64,000 nucleotides of DNA from contig CM059432.1 in assembly GCA_030390025.1 (NCBI GenBank), positions 32,738,001 through 32,802,000 of the forward strand, given 5' to 3'. The translations under genes and the position numbers were made by a program. Shown here piece by piece: positions 1 through 13,600 of the stretch. This DNA is from Squalus acanthias. Taxonomy: Eukaryota. Position 1 is the first letter of the stretch, and every line of letters starts with the position of its first letter. The notes beneath the pieces are model-generated. The model made no database searches, was not told where the DNA came from, and was given only the letters and a program-made list of their open reading frames with translations.

Positions 1-451
1 AGTTACGCGTGACACAGTGAATTATTTTTCAAGTGCAGCGACCTGTTACGTCTAAGGGCATTGTAAAATGCAAGGAATTTTCCCCCCTCTCAGATTCAGA
101 CAAACAATAGTATTTTTTCACTTTAGTCAAAACTACATTGCTGAGGTTTCTCTTCATCCACTTTTGCACACAGTATCCACTCCAAAGTCACAACTGTATT
201 ATCTACCAAAGATACATTCATTTGGGTACAGATGTGAATCATACTAATAGCAAGCTTGCAAACTACTTAACGTTTAAATAAAATTAAAGATATATCCTGT
301 ACTGAAGAACAAGAACAACATATTACTTCTAATTCATGTGTAACAACTTCCTAGTGTGATTCATCACCTCAAATCTTTCCACCACCCTCCATGACAGACA
401 AGCAAACAACTGTCCTTCACCCAAATGTCATACAGCTCAAAATGCTCTCTA

Positions 452-566
452 GAGAGACAACCCAAATCAGAAGGTCAAATCTACGGATCTCAATCCGACA
501 TAACCAGGAGAGACAACCCAAATCAGAAGGTCAAATCTATGGATCTCAATCCGACATAACCAGGAG
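452..566. repeat. Tandem duplication, 56-bp period, 2 copies
   Basis: AGACAACCCAAATCAGAAGGTCAAATCTA(C/T)GGATCTCAATCCGACATAACCAGGAG at 455-510 and 511-566, one mismatch. Confidence 0.95.
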
Positions 567-700
567 TATTGTATGTAGTCTGCAAGGCAACTGAAGCAGA
601 GTGAAGGATCTGTTGAGAACATGAAAGTGAGAAGATAAATTTAAAACACATTACCCCACAAAAAAAGTTTCTCCTCCTCCCCAATAAAATAACTACTGGA

Positions 701-1405
701 CAACAACAACATGCATTTATATAGCACTTTAACATAGTAAAACAACCCAAGGCGCTTCACAGGAGATTCATCAAACAAAATTTGACACCGAGCCACATAA
801 AGAGATATTAGGGCAGATAACCAAAATGCTTGGTCAAAGAGGTAGGTTTTAAAGAGCGTCTTAAAAGGAGGAGAGAGAGGTATAGAGACGGAGAGTTTTA
901 GGGAGGGAATTCCAGAGCTTAGGTAGCTGAAGGCACGACCGCCAATTGTGGAACGGTTAAAATCAGGGTTGCGCAAGTAGCCAGAATTGGAGGAACGCTG
1001 AGATCTTGGAGGGTTTTAGGGCTGCAGGAAGTTACAGAGATAGAGAGGGACGAGGCCATGGAGGGATTTGAAAACAAGAATGAGGATTTTAAAATTGAGG
1101 CATTGTCGGACCGTGAGCCAGCGTAGGTCAGTGAGCACAGGGGTGATGGATGAACGGGACTCGGTGCGAGTCAGGACGGGTAGCAGAGTTTTGGATGAGC
1201 TCAAGTTTATGCAGGGTGGAAGCTGGGAGAGCGGCCAGGAGAATGTTGGAATCGTCAAGTCTAGAGGTAACAAAAGACATGGATGATGGTTTCAGCAGCA
1301 GATGAGCTGAGGTAGGGGTGGAGTCAGGCGATGTTACAGAGGTGGAAGTAGGCAGTCTTGGTGATGGAGTGGATATGTGGTGGGAAACTCACCTTGGGGT
1401 CAAAT
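701..1405 (-). mobile_element. L2-clade LINE, 3' fragment
   Basis: (CAA)n tail at 701; ORF2 C-terminal motifs ITKTAYFHL and ITPVLTDLRWL..FKILILVFKSLHGLVP. Confidence 0.9.
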
Positions 1406-1544
1406 ACAACACCAAGGATGCAAACTGTCATCCTGGCAGGGAGTTGAAAAGTAACACAGAGGTAGGAAACATAGCACAATTTGAGCAAGAAAAAATTGAA
1501 CAGAAGAGAGGACAACAGAAGGCAGGGAAACTGAGAAAGGGAAA

Positions 1545-2890
1545 ACATATGCAGTAATTGTGCAAAGGAAAAATGATAAACATGTTAGGAAAATCAATGG
1601 GAACAGTGTTTGCCCCAAAGTTCCATACAGAATTGCCAGGAGCTTGAGGAATAAATAAGGGACCTATATATCTATGATAAAGAAGGAAACTGATTTTTTT
1701 AGGAATCAGAGACTTAGTTTATGGATGTGGACTGGGTGGTAAATGTATGATTATGGATTGTTCCAAAGGGATAGAAGGATAAAAACCTAATAGTAACCGA
1801 GATGGACAGCCTGGGTTCACGTATAGAAGCTCGAGAAACTTTGTGGATCAGATTGAATGAGAAAAATGGAAAAGATATAGGTCACCAAGTCAGGCAGAGG
1901 ATATAATTAGAGCAGTTTATGCTCAGTTCAGGGGAAGATCTAAGGAAGATAAATTGCAATGGAAGATTTAAATTTGCCTCAGATCAATTGGGAAAATTAT
2001 AGTGGGAATAAATAAAATGAATCATTATTTCTGGACATGATTATGGGCAGTTACATGATTCAAATGGTTATACAGAAGGGGGAGCAATACAATTATTGCT
2101 AATATGCAATGGTCAGGGATGTTGGATAGAGTTAAATTCAGAAACAGCTAGCTAACAGCGACCACAATGTGGTGTTCAAAGAATTAAAATTTAAAAAAAG
2201 AATGACTTGCATTAAATATAGCACCTTTCACGACCTCAGGACGGCCCAAAGCACTTTACAGCCAATGAAGTACTTCTGATATTAGTCACTGTAGGAAACG
2301 TGGCAGCCATTTTTCGCACAGCAAGCTCCCTCAAATAGCAATGAGATAAATGACCAGATAATCTATTTTAGTGATGTTGCGTGAGACTGATAAATCCCCA
2401 TCTCTTCTTTGAAATGGTGATATGGATATTTTACATCCACCTGAGGGGGCAGATGGGGGCCTCGATATAACGTCTCATTCAAAAGACAGCACCTCTGAGT
2501 GCAGCATTCTTTCAGTCAGCCTTGATTACGTGCTCGAGTCTCTGGAGTGGGACTTGGACCCACAACCTTTTGACTCAGAGGCGAGAGTGCCACCACTGAG
2601 CCACGGCTGACACCTAGACAATTGAAAAAGAAAGTGCAAGTAAGACCTTTTTATTTGAGGAAGGCAGACTTTGAAGGGTTGAGAAAGCGGTAAACAATGG
2701 AAGTATGGCATGCACAGTAGATACAGAGGGCAAGTGGAATGTAAGTGGACTGAGACATAATTAGGAGGCTGCAGAACAAATACAATCCATCAGTTTAAAA
2801 ACCGCAGTAGAGGAGGCAAGAAACAAATGTGGCCAACAAATGAAGCAATGTGGCAGAAAATGGATTTAACATGTCTTACATTAAATATAC
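1545..2890 (+). mobile_element. Ancient degraded CR1-type LINE (endonuclease/tether region), interrupted by a SINE; appears to resume at about 9020-9330
   Basis: Decayed endonuclease-like motifs (VTE..PGF, SDHNVV); the 9020-9200 segment reads IRRAEVESEIR..NIKKNVKDFYKYIQGKK, typical of the CR1 ORF2 tether. Confidence 0.5.
2195..2613 (-). mobile_element. tRNA-derived Deu-domain SINE (SacSINE1/AmnSINE1-like)
   Basis: Head GTGTCAGCCGTGGCTCAGTGG with A/B boxes; same body as 14911-15359; L2-like tail. Confidence 0.85.
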
Positions 2891-4279
2891 AAAACATAAG
2901 GAATAGGATCTGGAGGAGGCCATTTGGCACGCCGAGCCTGCTCCGCCATTCAACAAGATCATGGCTGATCTTCTACCTCAACTCCACCTTCCCGCACTAT
3001 CCCCATATCCCTTAATTCCCTCAGTTCCCCAAAATGTATCGACCTCTGTCTTGAATATAACCAATGAGCATCCGCAGCTCTCTGGGGTAGAGAATTCCAA
3101 AGATTCACAACCCTTTGAGCAAAGAAATTTCTCCTCAGCTCAGTCCTAAATGGCCGACCCCTTATTCTGTGACTGTGACCTCGTGTTCTAGATTCCCCAA
3201 CCAGGGGAAACATTTTCCCAGCATTAACTCTGTTAAGACCCTTAAGAATTTTATATGTTTAATTAGATCACCTCTCATTCTTCTAAACTCTAGGGAATAT
3301 AGGCCTAGTCTACTCAATCTCTCCTCATAGGGCAATCCCCTCATCACAGGGACCAGACCAGTGAACCTTTGTTGCACTCCCTCTAAGGCAAGGATATCTT
3401 TCCTTAGGTAAGGAGACCAGAACTGTACACAGTACTCGAGGTGTGGCATCACCAATGCCCTGGAAAATTGTAGTAAGACTTCTTTACTCTCATACTCTAA
3501 TCCCTTTGTAACAAAAGCTAACATACCATTTAATTTCCTAATTGCTTGCTGTACCTGCATGTTAACTTTCAGTGATTCATGTACAAGGACACCCAGGTCC
3601 CTCTGAGTGCAAACATTTCCCAGTCTCTCACCATTCAAAAAATATTCTGTTTTTTTGTTTTTCCTACCAAAGTGGATAACTTCACACTTCCCCACATTGT
3701 AATCCATTTGCCATGTTCTTGCCCACTCAGTTAACCTGTCTATATCTCTCTGCAGCCTCTTTGCATCCTTCTCACAGATTACTTTGCACCTAACTTTGTA
3801 TCATCAGCAAACTTGGATACATTACACTCAGTCCCTTCATCTAAGTCATTAATATAGATTGTAAATAGCTGAGGCCCAAGCACTGATCCTTGCAGTACCC
3901 CGCTAGTTACAGCCTGCCACCCTGAAAAAGTCCCGTTTATTCCTACTATATGTTTTCTGTCCATTAACCAATCCGTGCTAATATATTACCCCCAATCCCA
4001 TGAGTCCTAATTTTGAGTAATAACCTCTTGTGTGGCACCTTATCAAATGCTTTTTGAAAATCCAAATACACTACATCCACTGGTTCTCCCTTATCCATCC
4101 TACTAGTTACATCTTCAAAAACCTCGAACAGATTTGTCAAACATGATTTCCCTTTCATAAAACCATGCTGACTTTGCCTAATCATATTACGATTTTCTAA
4201 GTGCCCTGTTACCGCCTCCCTAATAATAGATTCTAGCATTTTGCCTACGACTGAAATCAGGCTAACTGGCCTGTAGTTT

Positions 4280-6137
4280 GCAGGGAACATAAAAACTGAC
4301 TGTAAAAGCTTTTATAGATATGTGAAGAGAAAAAGATTGGTGAAGTCAAGCGTAGGTCCCTTACAGTCAGAATCAGGGGAATTTATAATGGGGAACAAAG
4401 AAACGGCAGACCAATTAAATACAAACTTTGGTTCTGTCTTCACAAAGGAGGACACAAATAACCTCCCAGAGATGTCGGGGAACATAGGGTCTAATGAGAG
4501 GGAGGAACTGAAAGAAATCAGTATTTGTAGGGAAATGGTGTTAGGGAAATTGACGGGATTGAAGGCCGATAAATCCCCAGGGCCCGATAATCTACATCCT
4601 AGGGTACTTACGGAAGTGGCCCTAGAAATAGTAGATGCATTGCTGGTCATCTTCCAAAATTCTATAGACTCTGGAACAGTACCCATGGATTGGAGGGTAG
4701 CTAATGTTACCCCACTATTCAAAAAAGGTGGTAGAGAGAAAACGGGGAATTATAGACCGGTAAGCCTGACATCGGTAGTGGGGAAAATGCTAGAGTCCAT
4801 TATAAAAGATGTAATAGCAGAGCACTTGGAAAACAGTGACAGGATCGGACAAAGTCAGCATGGATTTACAAACGGTAAATCGTGCTTCACTAATCTACTG
4901 GAATTTTTTGAGGATGTAACTGGTAAAATAGATAAGGGAGAACCAGTGGATGTGGTGTATTTGGACTTTCAGAAGGCTTTCGATAAGGTCCCGCATAAGA
5001 GATTAGCGTGTAAAGTTAAGGCACATGGGATTGGGGGCAAGGTATTGACTTGGATAGAGAACTGGTTGGCAGACAGAAAGCAAAGAGTTGGAATAAATGG
5101 GTCTTTTTCCAAGTGGCAGGCAGTGACTAGTGGGGTACCGCAGGGATCGGTCCTTGGACCCCAGCTATTCACAATATATATTAATGATCTAGACGAGGGA
5201 ATTGGATGTAATATCTCCAAGTTTGCAGACGACACAAAGCTGGGTGGGAGTGTGTGCCGTGAGGAGGATGCCGAGAAACTCCAGTATGATTTGGACAGGT
5301 TGGGTGATTGGGCAGAAACATGGCAGATGCAATATAATGTGGATAAATGCGAGGTTATCCACTTTGGTGTCAAAAACAGGAAGGCAGATTATTATCTGAA
5401 TGGCAATAGATTGGGAGAAGGGGAAGTGCAACGAGACCTGGGTGTCCTTGTGCACCAGTCGCTGAAGGTAAGCATGCAGGTGGTTAAGAAGGCAAATGGT
5501 ATGTTGGCCTTCATAGCGAAAGGGTTCGAGTAGAGGAACAAGGATGTCTTGCTGCAGTTGTACAGGGCCTTGGTGAGACCACATCTTGAGTATTGTGTGC
5601 AGTTTTGGTCGCCTTATCTGAGGAAGGATGTTCTTGCCATGGAGGGAGTTCAGCGAAGATTGACCAGGCTGATACCTGGGATGGCAGGAATGACGTATGA
5701 GGAGAGATTGGGTCGATTGGGCTTATACTCGCTGGAGTTTAGAAGAATGAGAGGGGATCTCATTGAAACTTATAAAATTCTAACAGGACTAGACAGACTA
5801 GATGCAGGAAGGATGTTCCCGATGGCCGGGGAGTCCAGAACCAGAGGTCACAGTCTAAGGATAAGGGGTAAGCCATTTAGGACTGAGATGAGGAGGAATT
5901 TCTTCGCCCAGAGTGGTGAACCTGTGGAGTTCTCCACCACAGAAGGCAGTAGAGGCCAATTCATTAAATATATTCAAGAAGGAGTTAGATATATTTCTTA
6001 AAGCGAAAGGGATCAAGGGATATGGGGAGAAGGCAGGGACAGGGTACTGAATTTGGATGATCAGCCATGATCTCATTGAATGGCGGAGCAGGCTCGAGTG
6101 GCTGAATGGCCTGCTCCTGCTCCTATCTTCTATGTTT
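4280..6137 (+). mobile_element. CR1 LINE, 5'-truncated, nested in the opposite-strand CR1
   Basis: 403-aa RT ORF 4322-5533; 3' UTR and TTCTATGTTT tail; closely matches 25700-27536. Confidence 0.95.
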
Positions 6138-6839
6138 CCCGTTTTTTCTCTTCCTCCTTTCTTAAACAGCGGGGTTATGTTTGCTACCTTCCAATCCTTG
6201 GGGACCGTTATAGAATCTCATAGAATTCTGCAAGATTAATACCAGTGCATCCACTATCTCTGCAGCTACCTCTTTTAAAACCTGAGGATGCAGGTAGTCA
6301 GGTCCAGGGGATTTGTCGCCACTTAGTCCCATTAATTTCTCCAGTACCATGTCTTTACTTATATTGATTTCTTTAAGTTCCTCATTCTCTCTAGACCCTA
6401 GGTTCCCCATTATTTCCAGAATGTTTTTTGTGTCTTCTACCGTGAAGACAGATACAAAGTATTTGTTCAATGTCTCTGCCATTTCTTTATTGCCCATTAT
6501 AATTTCTCCTGTCTCTGCCTCTACTGGGCCCACGTTTACTTTCACTAATCTCTTCCTATTTACATACCAAGAGAAACATTTACAATCTGTTTTTATGTCT
6601 CTTGCTAATTTACTTTCATATTCTTTTTTCTCTTTCCTTATCAATTTCTTGGTCTTCCTTTGCTGAATTCTAAAATCCTCCCAATCCTCAGGCTTATTAC
6701 TCTTTTTGGCAACATTATAAGCCTCTTCCTTTGATCTAATACTATCTTTAACTTCTCTTGTTAGCCACGGTTGGACTACTTTTCCTCTGGGGTTTCTGTA
6801 CCTTAAAGGAATGTGTATTTGTTGTAAATTATGTGTTAA

Positions 6840-7562
6840 CGGTGTCATATTTGACCCTGAAATGAGCTTCTGACCACATATTCGCAGCATAACAAAGACC
6901 GCCTACTTCCACCTCCATAACATCGCCGTCTCCATCCTTGCCTCAGCCCATCCGCTGCTGAAACCCTCATCCATGCCTTTGTTACCTCTAGACTTGACTA
7001 TTCCAACGCACTCCTGGCTGGCCTCCCCATTCCACCCTACGCAAAGTTGAGGTCATCCAAAACTCGGCTGCCTGTGTCCTAACTCGCACCAAGTCTCATT
7101 CGCCCATCACCCCTGTGCTCGCTGACCTACATTGGCTCCTGGTTAAGCAGTGCCTCGATTTCAAAATTCTCATCCTTGTTTTCAAATCCCTCCATGGCCT
7201 CGACCCTTCCTACCTCTGTAATCTCCTCCAGCCCCACATCAACACCCCCTGCCCTCACACAGAGATATCTACGCTCCTCTAATTCTGCCCTCTTGAGGAT
7301 CCCTGATTATAATCGCTCACCCATTGGTGGCTGTGCCTTCTGTTGCCTAGGCCCTAAGCTCTGGAATTCCCTGCCTAAACCTGTCCGCCTCGCTACCTCT
7401 CTTTCCTCCTTTAAGACGCTACCTCTTTGACCAAGCTTTTGGTCACCTGCCCTAATTTATCCTTATGTGGATCGGTGTCAAATTTTTTGTCTTAAAATAC
7501 TCCTGTGCAGCGCCTTGGGATGTTTACTATGTTAAAGGCGCTATATAAATACAAGTTGTTGT
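6840..7562 (+). mobile_element. L2-clade LINE 3' fragment nested in CR1
   Basis: L2 ORF2 C-terminus, (TTG)n tail, TGTTAA duplicated at 6834-6839 and 7563-7568. Confidence 0.92.
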
Positions 7563-9865
7563 TGTTAATTCTTTAAATGCTTGTCTACCATCATACCTTT
7601 TAATGTAGTTTCCCAATCTACCTTAGCCAACTCACCCCTCATACCTACGTAGTTTGCTTTGTTTAGATTTAAGACCCTAGTTTCGGACTTAACGAAATCA
7701 CTTTCAAACTCAATATAAAATTCTATCATATTATGGTCACTCTTCCCTAAAGGCCCCTTTACAACAAGGTTATTAATTAACCCTTTCTCGTTGCACAATA
7801 CCAGATCTAAAATAGCCTGTTCCCTAGTTGGTTCCTCAACATACTGATCTAGAAAACTGTATTGTATACATTCTGTGAACTCGTCCCCCACACTATTACT
7901 GCAAATTTGGTTTACCCAGTCTATATGTAGATTAAAGTCCCCCATGATTACTGTATTACCCTTGTTACATGCGCCTCTAATTTCTTGATTTATTCTCTGC
8001 CCTACATTACAACTACTGTTTGGGGGCCTATAAACAACTCCCACTGATGTTTTCTGCCCCTGCTGTTTCTTAGCTGCACCCAAACTGATTCTACTTCTTG
8101 ATTTTCTGAGCTAAGATCCTTTCTCTCTACTGTCTTTATCCCATCCTTTATTATCAGGGCTACCCCTCCTCCTTTTCCATTTTGCCTATCTCTTCTAAAA
8201 GTTAAGTATCCTGGAATATTTAGTTCCCAACCGTGGTCACTTTGCAACCACATCTCCGTAATGGCTATTAGATCAAACCTATTAATTTCTATCTGCGTTA
8301 TGAATTCATCTATTTTGTTGCGATTGTTTTGCACCCAGATATAGTGCCTTTAGCTTTGACTTTTTTTCTATTTCCCCCTAATGACACCGTAGTCACTGAT
8401 TACCTTTGTTACTCTCTCTGTCCCTTCCTGACCCACGCTGCTTATTTTTACCAAAAACTCTGCTCTGCGCTAGAGCCTTGACATTTCTCTTGCTGCTTTT
8501 AAAATTACTCGTTCTTGAATCCTCCCACCCCCACCTTCATTAGTTTAAAGCCCTGTCTACTGCCCTAGTTATTCGATTCGCCAGGACACTGGTTCCAGCC
8601 CGGTTTAAGTGGAGCCCGTCCCAACGGAACAGCTCCCTCTTTCCCCAGTACTGGTACCACGCTTTGAGCCATGCATTTAACCTTCTAATCTGCTTATCCC
8701 TATGCTAATTGGGGCGTGGCTCAGGTAACAATCCAGAGATTATTACCTTTGAGGTTCTGCTTTTTAATTTGGCTCCCAACTCGTCAAACTCTTTCAGCAG
8801 AACCTCATTCCTAGTTCTACCTATGTCGTTGGTTCCTACGACATAGGAGAACTGGATCCTCCTCTTCCCATTCCAAGTTCTACTCCAGCTACGAGGAGAT
8901 GTCTTTAACCCTGGCACCGGGCAGGCAACACAACCTTCGGAACTACCGGTCGTGGCTGCAGAGGACAGTATCTATCCCTCTGACTATACTGTCCCCTACC
9001 ACAACTACATTCCCTTTTGATTAGGAGAGCAGAAGTAGAAAGTGAGATCAGGGCTGTAACAAATATAAAGAAGAATGTGAAAGATTTCTATAAATATATT
9101 CAAGGAAAAAAGGTGACAAAGCAAAAAGTGACAGCAGTGCGACACCCCAAGGGCGCGATAATAAATGACCAAGGACTGGCATAATGTGTTTAATAATTTA
9201 TCTGCGTCAGTGTTTACAAATCAATGAGGGAAAGGGGGCATAGACTGAAGCTTAGACATGAAAAGGTGAATGGCAGTTAAGATGCAGAGGATGATAAATG
9301 CAGAATAGCCTGCCCAGAGAAGCAGTGAAAGAGGATGTTATAAATTTTACAAGAGTGATGTATAAAAGTTTTGGCAGATGGCATCTGAGGTAAAGAAGGT
9401 TAAGAATGTGATGATTGGGATGGAAAGGGCCTTTTCTGGTCCTTTTCAATCATATGCTCCTAAAGACGTGGATGTATGGCAGTAGGCTGTTAAGTACATC
9501 TAGTGACGTGTCATGGTTAACCGTGGTTTCTTGGAGATACCTTGCTTTTCCTTAGGGAGTAGGGGAGGAATTTTGCAGTGTTTCCTGAAATTTGTCACAG
9601 ATCATTTGTAACCCGCTTTTAGCCTCCTTCAATATCACTAGCAGTTGCAGACAATAGTGCACATCATTACATCTAATGGAAGGGTGAGCGCTGATGGGAT
9701 TTTCTAGTCTTTCTTTTATGTTCATGTGAACTGATGAAATCGCTCAAAAGATGTTTTAGATGATGATCGTGCAATTTTAACTTCTATACTGTAAGTGCTT
9801 TTATGTTATCTAGTTCCAAAACTGAAATCCACTGATTCACATATGCACAGTTCTCTTGTGCTAGT

Positions 9866-9975
9866 ACATTACAACAGTGACTACACTCCAAAAGTACTTC
9901 ATTGGCTGTAAAGCGCTTTGAGACGTCCGGTGGTCGTGAAGGGCGCTAAATAAATGCAAGTCTTTCTTTCTTTTT
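9866..9975 (+). mobile_element. Deu-SINE 3' fragment
   Basis: ACAACAGTGACTACACTCCAAAAGTACTTCATTGGCTGTAAAGCGCTTTG...(TCTT)n tail. Confidence 0.8.
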
Positions 9976-10825
9976 CACTGATATTTTCGACACTCTGTCG
10001 GCACAATGTGAGGGAATAAGCCATTAAGCCAGCTCAGCTTTTGCATCATGAAGTAGTAAGGATGCTGATATGCTGAAACAGCTCAACTTGTTTACAATGC
10101 CAACAGAGGAGGCCATAATATCACAAAGAAGTGTATCTTCACTAACACTGATCATGTGGAGGCTGGCACAAGTTTATATCTGCCACTGTCATTGATAGCA
10201 TCAAGGTATGTTAAAAGCACCTTGAAAAAAATGAAGTAGGTGGAAGAGGAGAGCAATTGCATGTTATATATACTGGTGAAAGCAGGCCAAATAATGTTTA
10301 TTTTAAAAGTTATCTGTTTAGTCACTTGTATGTTGTTTGGTAGTGTCCTTTTTCTCATATGAACATTTTATCAAACTGGACATTAATAAGTATATTAACC
10401 ACAAGTCTCTCTTTGTCCAGGACAAGAAAAATATGCTGAAATAAGGATTTTGTTACCAGTTCCCAGGGCAAATAAATCATATAGATTGCTCAACTCAAGA
10501 TCGTGCCACATAAAGCAGACAAGACCTTTAGAGGCTGAAATTCCATTACTGATTATATACATAGTTACAAGAGAACAATCCAACCATTATGAAACTCTTT
10601 TGTGCCTTTACATTTCTCAGAACTTTCATTGGATTAGATTAGTAGACAAGTCCAGTATAAGGAAGGAAGGAGTGTTTTCTCATCTCTATCACACAGACAG
10701 CTATGAGAGAGAGATATATATTCCCTCATTATTTCTATTTTGATTATATCACGGGCTTCAATATAAATTGTTACACAAATGAAGGTTTACTGTCATTTCA
10801 GCTTTTGGCCCAAATACAGTCTCGA

Positions 10826-12590
10826 TGTCTTCACACTGACGAGATCCTCCATCGTGTTGTCTAGCACTACCACCGTGCTAAATGGGATAGATTCAGAACA
10901 GATCTAGCAGCTCAAAACTGGGCATCCATGAGGCGCTGTGGGCCATCAGCAGCAGCAGAATTGTATTCTACCACAATCTGTAACCTCATGGCCCAGAATA
11001 TCCCTCACTCTACCATTACCATCAAGCCAGGGGATCAACCCTGGTTCAATAAGGAGTGTAGAAGAGCATGCCAGGAGCAGCAACAGGCGTACCTAAAAAT
11101 GAGGCGCCTCTAGCCAAGCTGTCCCAGTACAGCTGCAACACTGGCATCTTTCCGACAATGTGGAAAACTGCCCAGGTATGTCCTGTCCACAAAATGCAGG
11201 ACAAATCCAATCCGGCCAATTACCGCCCCATCAGTCTACTCTCAATCATCAGCAAAGTGATGGAAGATGTCGTCGACAGTGCTATCAAACAGCACTTACT
11301 CACCAATAACCTGCTCACTGATGCCCAGTTTGGGTTCCGCCAGGACCACTCGGCTCCAGACTTCATTACAGCCTTGGTCCAAACATGGACAAAAGAGCTG
11401 AATTCCAGAGGTGAGGTGAGAGTGACTGCCCTTGACATCAAGGCAGCATTTGACCGACTCTGGCATCAAGGAGCCCTAGTAAAACTGAAGTCAATGGGAA
11501 TCAGGGGGAAAACTCTCCATTGGCTGGAGTCATACTTAGCACAAAGGAAGATGGTTGTGGTGGTTGGAGGTCAATCATCACAGCCCCAGGACATCGATGC
11601 AGGAGTTCCTCAGCGCAGTTTCCTAGGCCCAACCATCTTCAGCTGCTTCATCAATGACCTTCCCTCCATCATAAGGTCAGAAGTGGGGATGTTCGCTGAT
11701 GACTGCACAGTGTTCAGTGCCATTCACAACTCCTCAGATAATGAAGCAGTCCATGCCCGCATGCAGCAAGACCTGGACGACATTCAGGCTTGGGCTGATA
11801 AATGGCAGGTAATATTCGTGCCACACAAGTGCCAGGCAATGACTATCTCCAACAAGCAAGTGTCTAACCACTGCCGCTTGACATTCAACAGCATTACCAT
11901 CGCCGAATCCCCCACCATCAACATCCTGGGGGGGGGTCACCATTGACCAGAAACTTAACTGGACCAGCCACATAAATACTGTGGCAACAAGAGCAGGTCA
12001 GGGGCTGGGTATTCTGCGGCGAGTGTCTCACCTCCTGACTTTCCTTTCCACCACCTACAAGGCACAAGTCAGGAATGTGATGGAATACTCTCCACTTGCC
12101 TGGATAAGCTCAGCTCCAACAACACTCAAGAAGCTCGACACCATCCAAGACAAAGCAGCCCGTTTGATTGGCACCCCATCCACCACCTCAAACATTCACT
12201 CCCTCCACCACTGGCATACCGTGGCTGCAGTGTGTACCATCTACAAGATGCACTGCAGCAACTCGCCAAGGCTTCTTCGGCAGCACCTCCCAAACCCGCG
12301 ACCTTTACCACCTAAAAGGGAAAGGCCAGCAGGCGCATGGGAACACCACCACCTCCAAGTTCCCCTCCAAGTCACACACCATCCTGACTTAGAAGCCGTT
12401 TCTTCATCGTCGCTGGGTAAAAGTCCTGGAACTCCCTCCCTAAAAGTACTGTGGGAGTACCTTCACCACACGGACTGCAGCGGTTCAAGAAGGCAGCTCA
12501 CCACCACCTTCTCAAGGGCAACTAGGAATGGGAAATAAATGCTGGCCTTGCCAGCGACGCCCACATCCCATGAACAAATAAAAAAAAAAC
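10826..12590 (+). mobile_element. CR1/L2-group LINE 'family B' (A-rich tail), internally deleted
   Basis: RT ORF 11068-11946 (NYRPISLL, LDIKAAFD, FADDCT); 3' end GGCCTTGCCAGCGACGCCCACATCCCATGAA followed by an A-rich tail. Confidence 0.9.
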
Positions 12591-13279
12591 CTGAACTGTA
12601 ACCTTTGCTTTGGCCAACAGTTTCAGCAGCTTTTGTGGACATCTTTTACAAGGATATTTTAAATACTCAATGAAACTTTTGCAATGGATCTTGCCAATGA
12701 ATGTCCTTACTAATCTCAATGTTGAAAGCAAAATAAAAAAATAACATTTGTGCTATTACTTTTCATATCATACAATCAGTTTCTCGACTGTTATATTTAA
12801 TTCATTATATCCACTGCTGCAGTCACTACCTCCACCAGTGACATACATGTAGCTGCCAGTAATTTACACTAGTACAGTACTATACTAATCAAGGTATTCT
12901 CTCTATACACAAGTTTAGAAAGACAAAATCTGTCATTGTACGAGTTTTTTCACAACTCAAGTGGACAGAGCATGAACATATCCATCATTACCCTTTACTG
13001 AATTACTAGCAAAAACACTTAAGTTCAACAATCCGTTTTGATGCACCAGTCCTCTTAAAATATGAATATACAACACACAATGTAACTTTTTTGGCTGGAT
13101 ATCACTCTATGAGAGAGACGCAGCTAACAACTGGCAAGTAAGCTTGCACTGCAGTAGGTAAAAAAACAGCTTCAGATTTGGAGATTTTAACTGAGCAACA
13201 TCTGACCTGGAACAGTGCCATAGCTGCTGGCTACCAGAATAACCTAACACCAAAATTATCTATATTTCAATAGTTAATA

Positions 13280-13600
13280 TGTGACGCAGTTGGTGACAAG
13301 CTCACTTATGAGTCAGAAAGTTGTGGGTTCAAGCCCCACTGCAGACTTAGTGTATAATCTGAGCTGACTCTTCAAGAAAGAACTGAGGAAGTGCTTCATT
13401 GCCAGAGAAGCCATCTTTTGGATAAGATGTCAAACTGAGGCCTTGTCTGCCTGTTCAGGTGGACGTGGAAAAACAGAGTTCTCCTGGTGTCTTGGCCAAC
13501 ATTTCTTCCTCAGCAACACCACCAAGATTGCTTATCTTTATTTCATTTGCTGTTTGCTGGAGCTTGCTGTGCATGAATTAGGTGCTGTATATGCCTATAA
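13280..13600 (+). mobile_element. Degraded Deu-SINE
   Basis: GAGTCAGAAAGTTGTGGGTTCAAGCCCCACT head and Deu-like body. Confidence 0.7.

Larger units (their letters stand above)
2892..9018 (-). mobile_element. CR1 LINE, nearly complete ORF2 plus partial esterase ORF1, in three pieces (2892-4279, 6138-6839, 7563-9018)
   Basis: RT motifs ([28 protein letters not shown]), endonuclease motifs (ITEMWL, VIMGDFN, SDHNMI), SGNH motif GTNDIG; the pieces are collinear across the two inserts. Confidence 0.93.

Noticed and set aside
10395..10583. ALGTGNK-containing ORF as the next SCAP exon (LPGTGP)
   Set aside because: Only a 3-residue coincidence; the surrounding sequence does not match
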